A DNA stretch of 63,035 bases, the filler included, from Intoshia linei (taxonomy: Eukaryota > Animalia > Orthonectida), in the NCBI GenBank assembly GCA_001642005.1. It is 5 parts of 5 records of this genome, joined end to end, with 100 filler letters (N's around TTAATTAATTAA, not from the genome) between each part and the next. Parts side by side here need not be neighbours in the genome. Positions count along the whole stretch, not along the records: positions 1 to 25,866 come from LWCA01000489.1; positions 25,967 to 47,257 come from LWCA01000655.1; 3 more parts are not named here. One strand, 5' to 3'. The notes under the pieces were generated by a model. It searched no databases, had not been told where the DNA came from, and saw nothing but the letters and a program-made list of their open reading frames with translations. Of the stretch, positions 25,001-34,431 are shown in pieces (the first letter of the stretch is position 1; each line of letters opens with the position of its first letter). The position numbers and the translations under genes were made by a program.

Positions 25001-25838
25001 TAAATAAGGTATAGATTCCTGCATTATATCCATTTTTAAACCATTTAAATTACATGTAGATTTAAATTTTAAACGAAAGTAAACATATGTAATTAATTAA
25101 TATAAACGTTTCTAAAGTCGGTATTTTTTAAAAAAATTTTAAAAAAATTACAAATATATTAATTAAATTTTAATTAAAAATTTTTTATCATTCCTTTATA
25201 TATAAAGTTAGTAAAATTATTTTAATTTATCAACAGTAATATATTAGTTTCAAATTATTTTACTTACAAATAATTGTAATTATTATTGTAAATATAGACG
25301 GTATATATTCCAACACTATATAAACTAATATAAATAAAAGTAACATTTACTTTTTTCACAAGACCCAATTTACCAAACCTGAAAATCAAAAATAAAACCC
25401 TCAAAAATTTTTAAAAAATTGAGCCATTTTAAAAAAATTATGTCGATCCCTCGAGTACAGTATATTTGGTGCTGTTTCCCATTTAAGAGTTTATAATTGC
25501 TTCATCATATAAATTAAAAAATAAAAGTGTTTACAAATATCTATAAATTAATCGACGATTGTGTTTGTATATGTTATAGTTCATAAATTTTATTTTACAA
25601 ATTTAGTAGGTAAAGATATATTACAATAAATTAATTACAATCGCTAGAACAAATTATTTCTAATTATTGTCAAAGTATTTTAACCACCCAGTTTTTATAT
25701 TTCTTTTATATTTTCTTAACTTGTGATCCAGCGATAGTCATATCATATTTAATATTGTTGAAATATGAATAGTGTGTAAATCAATATATTATATTAATCA
25801 TAAAAATATTTTAATAATTAATAAAAATAAAAAAGATG
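7017..25838 (+). CDS. Putative micro-exon gene encoding a secreted/membrane protein: signal-peptide exon 7017-7062, phase-1 exons 7112-7138 (27 nt), 10205-10264 (60 nt), 11335-11394 (60 nt), 11433-11447 (15 nt), then ~46 three-nucleotide exons 12779-25838; 3' end lost in the gap
   Basis: The N-terminus reads [15 protein letters not shown]|AISQNGTLS. All listed exons have AG/GT boundaries and are phase 1-1. The AG-NNN-GTAA units join without stops only in phase 1. Could be more than one tandem gene. Confidence 0.65.
7342..9842 (+). mobile_element. Full-length hAT (Buster/Charlie-type, ZBED5/ZBED8/FAM200-like) transposon with a frameshifted transposase
   Basis: TIRs CAGTGTTTCCCAA / TTGGGAAACACTG and a perfect 8-bp TSD AATGAAAT. 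Transposase pieces include [45 protein letters not shown] and [18 protein letters not shown]. Confidence 0.92.
9935..10014 (+). mobile_element. Helitron 3'-terminal fragment
   Basis: Reverse complement of ~1105-1190; the hairpin is followed by CTAG|T at 10011-10014. Confidence 0.7.
10910..11264. mobile_element. hAT-type MITE
   Basis: TIRs CAGGGATTCCCAAA / TTTGGGAACCCCTG flanked by a TTTAGAT duplication. Confidence 0.8.
11640..12258 (-). mobile_element. Diverged Helitron family copy (5' part)
   Basis: Similar to ~2000-2600 (TTTGACCGTGAAG, CCCGGAAAAAACTG, AAACGATAACACA). Confidence 0.65.
16471..17751. mobile_element. TIR element containing a nested Helitron copy (~17085-17731)
   Basis: Inverted repeat TAGGTGGGTAAT / ATTACCCACCTA; the internal part matches the Helitron family. 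Confidence 0.6.
18400..19267 (-). mobile_element. Helitron family copy
   Basis: High similarity to ~1760-2600; ends ..TAAGGAT, which is the 5' A|TC on the minus strand. Confidence 0.75.
20372..20627. mobile_element. hAT-type MITE
   Basis: TIRs CAGTGATTC / GAATCACTG with near-perfect TSD ATATACAC/GTATACAC. Confidence 0.75.
20981..22477. mobile_element. Non-autonomous TIR element (hAT-like) carrying a histone H2A gene fragment
   Basis: TIRs CAGGGATTGGAA / TTCCAATCCCTG; TSD ATGATAAT/GTGATTAT (6 of 8 match). Confidence 0.7.
22148..22267 (+). pseudogene. Histone H2A C-terminal fragment
   Basis: Translates [39 protein letters not shown], cf. canonical H2A [30 protein letters not shown]. No upstream H2A sequence is present. 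Confidence 0.85.
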
Positions 25839-25866
25839 GTAATTTTCATATATCAATATTTTATAT

Positions 25867-25966
25867 NNNNNNNNNNNNNNNNNNNNNNNNNNNNNNNNNN
25901 NNNNNNNNNNTTAATTAATTAANNNNNNNNNNNNNNNNNNNNNNNNNNNNNNNNNNNNNNNNNNNN
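25867..25966. other. Assembly gap / contig linker
   Basis: N44-TTAATTAATTAA-N44, a six-frame stop linker. Confidence 0.95.
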
Positions 25967-26214
25967 ATATTAAAAAAGCATATTCAGTTTTATTTATATT
26001 TTATACTGTGTTTAAATTCTTACGACCCCTTAACGGTCGCGACCCCGGGTTGAAAACCACTGGTGTAGACTGTAAACATTATTAACGTTTCAATTGATGA
26101 TTGCATGTTAAAATAAAATATATGAAAAAACTGTAAAATAATAAATATGTGTAAAAAATTGTTATAAAAAATAAAAATTTATATTATAACGCGGGTCGCA
26201 TAATTGACACTCCT

Positions 26215-26490
26215 GGTCTTGACACTGATGAGTTACTCAGGGTCATTTGACGAGTAAATTCAGTTGGATTTTTATTGATTAAAATCGAAATAGCTGGTAA
26301 AATTACAGTTTCTCCCAATGTGTGATGTTTAAAAGCTTTTGCTATAATTTTTGAAATTTCATAAGAAGCTGTTAAACCTTTATCTTTTTTGATAACTTCA
26401 TTATTGAAGATATTGTCCATTTTAATCGATTTAAAATTGTCACGTTGTTTTGTAAAATACTCTAGTGATGGATTTTTTTCGTTGCCACAA
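26215..26490 (-). mobile_element. hAT transposase fragment
   Basis: GLTASYEISKIIAKAFKHHTLGETVILPA..LSNSSVSR, typical of Buster-type hAT N-terminal regions; flanked by MITE ends. Confidence 0.8.
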
Positions 26491-26899
26491 AATTTATCTG
26501 TGGACCCCAAATTTTTCTTGTGGACCCCCTAGATATGTAATTTCTCCTGTGGACCCTTTTGAGAACCACTGGTTTACATTATGGAGTTCGGATTATTTGA
26601 AAATTTGAAAAACGGGTTATCGAATAATTCCGATTATTTTAACAACGATTATCCGATTAATCGGAATTTTAAATTTTTAACATAAAAACCAATAATTCTT
26701 ACTTATAAAGTAATTTACAAAGTTATATCGTTTATATTGATTAAATTAATTAGAAACACTATCACCGATAAGATTATACATATTTCCAAATATAAAATAT
26801 TTTTTAACAATAATTTGTATGACCACATCAGATGAGAACGTAATTTATTTAAATCTACATTTATTCAATGCCCATTTATAACAACATTTTAATGATTTT

Positions 26900-27075
26900 G
26901 AGGGAGATTTACGTCATATTTTACTGGATGAGTACTTTAAGGACCTTAGTGCAGTGGTAGCTACCAAAAATATATGTGCTGTGTATGGTAAAGATGTTTT
27001 AAATGACAGTAAATGTCAAAGATGGATTAAAAGATTTCTAGATGAAAACTACACTCTAATGGATTTCAATTATTC
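26900..27075 (+). mobile_element. mariner transposase HTH relic inside a repeated element (~26582-27211; related copy ~51785-52563)
   Basis: RHILLDEYFK..SAVVATKNICAVYGKDVLNDSKCQRWIKRF resembles the mariner/SETMAR HTH region. Confidence 0.75.
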
Positions 27076-27704
27076 CTATTCATATATGACTTCAATGATA
27101 TATTTATGAAATTTTTGAAAATCCGATTATTCGAAATATATTTCGATTATTTTTCTCCGATTATTGTAAGCAATTAACCGGGTTTTCGATTAATCGGATA
27201 TCATTATCTAGTTTACATCATAATAATTGCATTATTTTATTATTATTTATCAGCTGTATTATTTTTAAATTTAGAACTATTTTCATATTCATCGTCATCA
27301 TGACTGTTTTCATCGTGAAAATTGACTTTTTTGAGGTTGCGATTTATTATAATGTTTATGATTTAAAAAACTATCCCAGAATTTATTTTCATTTTATTTT
27401 TGATTTTTTAAAAAATATTTTGATAAAGGATAATTTCAGGTTTTGGCCGTAAAGATATAAGTTTTTGAAATTTATTGAAACTTTCATGGTATTAAAATCT
27501 GTATCAGAGTATTTTTTTAATTTTTGGTCTTGTTTGATTTTGTAAAAAAAAGGATAATTGGGATTTTTGACCTTGAACGACTTATTTTCTGAAAATGCAA
27601 TATAAAATTTGCAACAATCAAAATTCAAAACAAATCACGATTTATAAACAATGTTCACTTGAACATATTCTATTATCGAATACTTATTCTAATGCATAAT
27701 TTAG

Positions 27705-30006
27705 ATTTACAGGTTCATTGCTTGCAAAAATAAAATTAAAGAAAGCTGAAAAACGTTACGCTGAAATCGGTGGTAGTCCCATCTATGAAATAACTAAATC
27801 TCAAGGATTAGCAATGGAAAATTTAATAAATAGACAAGATTGTAAATTTTATACTGCATTTCGCTATGTTCATCCTAGATTGGAACATACACTTGCCGAA
27901 ATGAAAAAGTAACAAATTTATATACAGATTACAGATTTCATATACAGAATCATACAAAGTTAAATGTTATATTGTGTACAATAGGGCTATTCCAATTTGG
28001 ACTTTTTTTTGAAATTTAAGAAATGCATATATAGATAATAATCTTTATTTAATTTGCTCCAGAATGATATACATTTTTTTATTTTCGTCACAAAAAAACT
28101 CACACGGCTTTACCTATTTCTATTTTTTTAACATTTTGCCCCCGGTAGTTTCCATAATAATATATAATTAATAATATAATTTAATAACATAGATTATGTG
28201 ACACTAATCATATTAATTAAAAAAATTAATAAAAAATCGTTTATTTTAGACACAGTTCACGGATAAACTTTTCGTCATTTTTAAAAAACATATAATTTCA
28301 AAAAAGACATGAATTTATTGAATTTCTGCATATGTCATTTTATATGAGAAAAATGGAATAGCCCTAGTGTACAATTGAGGTGTTTTGATTTTTTGTATAA
28401 AGAAAATTTTAATTGTATTGTTGATACAATAAATATAACGCATGATATATTTTTTTGTTACAGTCAAAACATTTAAAAATGTATAAGTAAATATTGCACT
28501 TACACGTACAAGCGAGATATTAGGTATAGTAGTTTTTATAATTTAAACTTTAGTTTAGGGATGGAATAACTGACGCAATAGCTTTTTCTCAATATCCACA
28601 ATATTCATGCACTACAACAGGTAGCAGTTTAAATGAAATTGCAGATTTTTATAAAACTAAACCATCCAAAATTAAATGGTCTGCAATTGACACGTGGAGT
28701 ATTAATAAACACTTTATTTCCGCCTGGAGTGATATTATCAAAAATCATTTACTGCAATTTGATTCAGCAGTGAGATCCGAAGTTCATTTGATATTTTCGG
28801 CTCATTCTTTACCTATTAATGTAAATTTAATTTCTTGTTTTATACATGTACTGAATTTTATGAAGTAATTTAAAAGCAAAATCTTTACATAAAACAGCAA
28901 TGGTTTAAGACAAGGATGGGAAACATACGACCCGCTAACTGATTTCATCCGGCTCGCATAATTTTTTTAAACATTTTTCTACACTTATAGATTGTATTTT
29001 TATTTTTTTATTTATATTATAATTATTAGTTAAATTTTTAATGTGTCCGACCCGTAACTATCATAAGGTTGCCCATCCTGTTTGAGAATAGCTGATCTTT
29101 AGATTGGAATGTTTTTACTTTTCTATATTTTAGTGTATTCTGAAAGGTGATCCATATTATAATCAAGTTTCAGCTACCGTTTACAATATAATGCAAAAAC
29201 TTGGATTCAAAAACAAATTTAATTTATCGTGGCAATCAAAGGAAGGACCACTGAAATGGTTGGCTCCATCTACTGTTAATATTGTCAAAAATTTGCATTC
29301 TTTACCTTCAGTGAAATATATTTCCATTATACCCATTTCTTTTGTAAATGATCACATTGAAACGTTGCACGAACTTGATATAGAAATTGTTGAACATTAT
29401 AATAAAAAGGTATTTTAATAATAATGATAAGTTTGCATTATAAGTTTAATGATAAAAGGGTAGCTATAGGGATTCTTATAGACCCCTGTATTCTAAGAAA
29501 GATAAGGTCAATTGGGGTCAGCGTAAAATGAAAAAAATTTTAAAGAATCATGGACCACGAAAATAATTTTCTTTGGTGTGTAATATTTAAATGAAATGTG
29601 TTTAAATACTTTATTATTTTTTATAGTTCAATAACCAGAAATCTTTAACGATTCCCGGGTTGACGAGGATGGCATTTTTATCAAAATAGATAATTCTATC
29701 ATAATACATTGTATATTCATTTTATTAAAATTTGTTTGTTTAGTCTGCAGATCCACGACTTTTTCGGGTACCATCGTTGAATACCGACAAAAATTTTATT
29801 CGCGTATTTTTATGTCAATTTTTAGTTTTATTTTGATTTAGGCCATTTCCGAAATAGTAACTAATCATATAGAGCAAAGATCAAACAAAAATAAAGTGTA
29901 TGAATCATTATCCAATTATCACATTTGCATTGACTGCAAAAACCCAAGGTGTTATCACAGAATGAAATTTTTTTCTACTCACCTTAAAAAAATTTGTGAA
30001 AATTGA
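27705..30006 (+). CDS. FECH: Ferrochelatase, exons 27705-27908, 28559-28820, 29134-29409, 29744-29803, 29842-30006; 5' exon(s) missing
   Basis: Motifs YAEIGGSPI, AFRYVHP, FSQYPQYSCTTTGSS, FSAHSLP, GDPY, WQSKEGPLKWL and FVNDHIETLHELDIE, plus the C-terminal [2Fe-2S] Cys motif CIDCKNPRC. Confidence 0.95.
27982..28366. mobile_element. MITE in a ferrochelatase intron
   Basis: TIRs TAGGGCTATTCCA / TGGAATAGCCCTA with a perfect 8-bp TSD GTGTACAA. Confidence 0.9.
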
Positions 30007-30145
30007 ATATCAAAATTTATTGACAGTTTTGTTTTGACATTAAATAAAAATTAAATGTTTTGTTTTGTTGTAAATTTGTATTTAATAATATTGTTTTTAT
30101 TATTTTAAATGTTTATTGTATCATGGTTATAAAGAATACTAAAAT

Positions 30146-32659
30146 ATGGAAATTATTTTGGTAATTTTTTAAATTGTATATTTACTGTTTTAATTTAATT
30201 AATACAACATTTAAATAGCCTAGAGACCACCAACCCAAAATTTTATTATGGAAGTATGTTGATTTACAATGTGCTGATAAACTGATTCAAAAAACTACAA
30301 CAGATCAAATTCATAGGTAAAATATCATTTTGTCAATTTACTTGATTTCTTTCAAATTTTAAATATGCGAGAAAAAATGATATTTAATTCAGTGGTTTCC
30401 TAACTCGTTATCTGCCCATTTTGTGAACACCCAATAAAAATTATTCCACTAATAAAAAAAATGCAGTATTATTACTGGAAACGAAACAATTACGCATTAA
30501 CGGTCTACGTATTTTTCAAATGTAAAAAATTCTACCAAATACAGCACCTTATTTTAGACGTAAATATATATTATAAACTTGAATTATTTAAAATTACTAA
30601 TACATTAAAAATACTGACTACTTAAAGTAAAGATTTTCATATTGGACCTCATACTCATACCTCATACTATATCCATATTGGGCGTCTACTTAAATCCAAC
30701 CATTTATACTAAAAATCAAAATTGGAATAAACGGTAACACACACAAATAAATATTGCAAAGAATATTATATAATCAAGGATTATAATAGTAATGTATTGT
30801 ACCCAATTTTAGTAGATGTTTAAAACGACGTTTAAAAGTATAAAAATTTAAAAATAAATAATTTGTATATTTACTCAAAGGGCCACCAAAGTTATTCTGT
30901 AGGCCACTGGTTGCTGATCCCTGCCTAAAGGGTTGGTAAATTTTGGTTAAAGTAAAAATGGTTAGATTTAAGAATATTCACTTCTATATATTTGTGGATA
31001 TTATAGATTACTGGACCCGATAGTTTATCAATACTGCAGATATTTAGAATCCGAATCGAAAGAAAATTTTCCAATTTTAAAAGATTTACTCTATTATGCT
31101 GTACAGTTTGCAAAAAATCAAAAATATACCGCTGCAAAATTGAGCACAGTATTTTTTATGATAACAATGGAATGTTAATCGGTTTCATGGATTGACGAAT
31201 AATAGTCTACATAAGAGACTCTTAAACTTTTTAGTTATAAAATTAAAACAAAAATAAATGTATGCTTTCCTCGTGTGACCTTAAATACAATTATATTTAA
31301 TGAAAACCTGGATCCTTTTATCAAAATCTGATGATTAATTAATTAATTTTTTTAGTTGATCAATATAATTATCGAGTGTCACAATGTTGCCACAGGTTTA
31401 TTTATATTGAAATGACGTTAATTAAAAGTATATTGGTGGTTCTCAAAAGTTCGTAAAATTTAAATATAATGCTTTAGTCGGGTGTATCAATTTATCGGTA
31501 TATTTACTGTTAACCCTACACTACGTAATACTGGTTGTTTAATTGATCAGTATGAAATTAAGTCATTCTAAACATGAATTTTAAAATTATCCATACCCGA
31601 GATGAAGTTGTTTGTTAAAAAAACTCAATTTTTTGATAATCGTAATAAATGTATTCTAATTCACCAATAGTTATAAAGCTATAAAAATTCACCAAATCCC
31701 TAATTTGTGAACCACTTATAACTTGCAGGTTTCACGACACAAAATTTTAGAGACTTATTTTGACAATACAAATAATGTTGTTAAATATATAAATGAATTG
31801 TTACTTTGCCATTCCATTAAGGTAAAAGAACTATAGCGAAATTCAATTTAATTTTTTAGAGACCTCCATTTTGCATTGATTTGTATAGCCAGCAAGAAAT
31901 ATTGGATATTAGTACTTATATAATGAATTCTTATATTAGAAATATCAAGCTATATAAATACGTTTTTACGAAAATGGTAATTTTAAAATGTTATTCTAAT
32001 CAGTAAATATTCAATATCACATTAATATTAGATTCGATTGGATTTGTCAATTACCTATCTAAATGATAACATCCGTTATGAAACTTTTGGTAAATTTTTA
32101 TGATTAATTTGCGAGTACTGTAATTATGAAATTATTATTATTATTAAAATCAATATTTTAATTATTTATAATTCAGTTATTATCGAAAAGCAATGTATAT
32201 TTTGCATCCTAGATTTTCCGTTGTATAAAATTTTTGTATTATTTTATATATTAAATTTTATAGAAATTTCAAAAAACGAATTATCGAGCACGCAAATTGA
32301 TGATGAAATGTCTGTGTCTGATTTAACTGAAAAAGGTATTAAAACGATTAATTTGAAAATATTAAATATCTTATTTTAAAATATTATATAATTTTATAAA
32401 TTTATAACAGATAGTAAAGCTAGTAAAATGGAAAGTGAAAATCAAGGTTTTAAATAATGTCTCTAAATTAATGTAATATTAAGAAATAATTACAAATTCG
32501 GATGATATAAAGCTAAATACCATGGTGGACACATTAATACAATCTGAAATGAAGCGCCTCAATTTAATAATAGAAGATAAAGTTAAACATTATGAAGCAA
32601 AAATGCAAGAACTTATCAAAGGAAAACCACGAAACAGTTCAAAAAAAAATAAAAAGTAA
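30146..32659 (+). CDS. CFAP119: Cilia- and flagella-associated protein 119 (CCDC189)-like, exons ~30146-30160, 30219-30316, 31007-31148, 31356-31395, 31751-31821, 31860-31976, 32032-32089, 32264-32335, 32411-32446, 32485-32659
   Basis: The spliced translation has PKILLWKYVD, LKDLLYYAVQFAK and [56 protein letters not shown], matching recalled CCDC189 motifs ([33 protein letters not shown]). Confidence 0.85.
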
Positions 32660-32924
32660 AATTGTTTATTTAAAAATAAAAATTACAGATTCATTTCTGA
32701 TATATAATTACAATTTATCAAGTCGGTTCATTATAGTATTGAAAAAATCTCCTATTTTGAATAGTATTTCTTATAGTCATTCCAGTCTAAATATAATTGC
32801 AATTATACTTATAGACATTAGGGATGTGGATTTTTCACTTTTTAAAGAAAATACAAAAGTACACCCACGTACGATAAAGAGAGGGTTAAATACTACACAA
32901 TCTGAAAAAATAATTCAAAAAAAT

Positions 32925-33500
32925 TTCTTTATTGAAAATGTGTAGACGTCCAATGCACATTTTTTTTGAATTTGTAGGATCATAATTTACATTTTCAATT
33001 TTTATTTTAATCGAAATATTTGAAAAATATTGGTTAAAATATATTAAAAGTATTTTTCACCCGAGAATACGTAGATTTCTGCGGTTGAAATGTAGTATTT
33101 ATATCAACTGGAATAAGCTCTATCAGAAAAATTTTTTTTTAATTTTCGGACAATTAATTATTTCACAATTATTATTTTAATAAAATATTTCGGAAAAAAA
33201 ATATATAAATACTAAAATGCTTTTTTCACCATGAAGGAGTCACTTATTCAGATTGAAATTTTTTGAAATTCTAGGGCTGTTTTTATTAAAACAAAGAGGG
33301 GTAATTTGTGGTTTTGGCCCTGAAGATATATTTTTTTTAAATTTAAACTATGATAATATTTATGATTTTAAAATCCGTATCAAAGTATACATTTTATTAT
33401 ATTCTCGAACTCGTTTGATTTAAAAAAAAATTAAAATTAGGCTTTTTGACCTGTAAGATGTGAGTTTGGGAGGTTGAAATTTATTTTTCTAACACCCCCC
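32925..33500 (-). mobile_element. Helitron family internal fragment
   Basis: High similarity to ~1845-2490. Confidence 0.75.
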
Positions 33501-34431
33501 ATTTTATTTCGTCTGATTTATTGTTTTGTAATACATACAAACTAAGATAGCTCGGCCGATGACTGACGTTTTCATCTCCAATTTTTTTTAATAAATTAAA
33601 ATTTTAATATTGAACCCTTTGATAAAGTCATAAAAGTCCTGAGATGAATATAATTGAAAATAAAATATAAAATCTAGGTTTGGCAAATTAATAACTAGAT
33701 TAAATTAAATTTTGACAAGCCAAATAAAAAAATTAAATGTTTTTCATCAATTTTTGGGGTGTCCCTTTTAAAAAAGTCAATAATCCAATTCATTATGAAG
33801 TATACATGATATTTTGGTAATTTTACAATTTATTATGCCCTAATTAACCCCCTAAACCAGGACTGACATCTCATGGATCTCATGGGCATATGGGATCTAT
33901 GTAAAAATTGAGAATTTAGAATAATGAGTACAATTTGGTTTGAAATTTTTTTAAATATTATAATATCTCGCTGCATCATATCATGCTAATTATTAGCAGT
34001 AAAATGTATTATTCACATTCAATTATCTCGTTACGGCATGTGAATTTATTTTGACACTTTTTTACAAAGTGAATTTTACAAACATGATGATTAATATTTC
34101 CAATATCGTATGCATGCGTTAATATAATGCTTCAAATGTTAATGAATTACAATTAAAAATTTTAATATTGAAATAAATTGAAAAAATATAGTTAAATCAA
34201 TAAAAATTTTAAAAAAATTCATAAATATTAGTTACGATGAGTGATAAATTGTTCAAAAATTTAGAGACATTGCCCGAAGATTTTTTAAATAGCTGTAAAG
34301 TGTTAATAAATGAAAATTGAAGGTATTCAAATTGCTCATCGGGTGGTAGGGTGTACTTTTGATATTAAAATTTTAATTTACCAACAAATTTAGCAATGTT
34401 TTTTAAGGGTGTAATGATTAGACATGAATAT

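Noticed and set aside
12779-25838. Reading the AG..GT units as recursive-splicing (zero-length) sites, a satellite, or a CRISPR-like array
   Set aside because: AG and GT are consistently separated by 3 variable bases, the spacers share no repeat sequence, and the context is eukaryotic with no cas genes.
25867-25966. TTAATTAATTAA between N runs (also 47258, 58404, 60706)
   Set aside because: Artificial six-frame-stop contig linker. Adjacency across it is not guaranteed.
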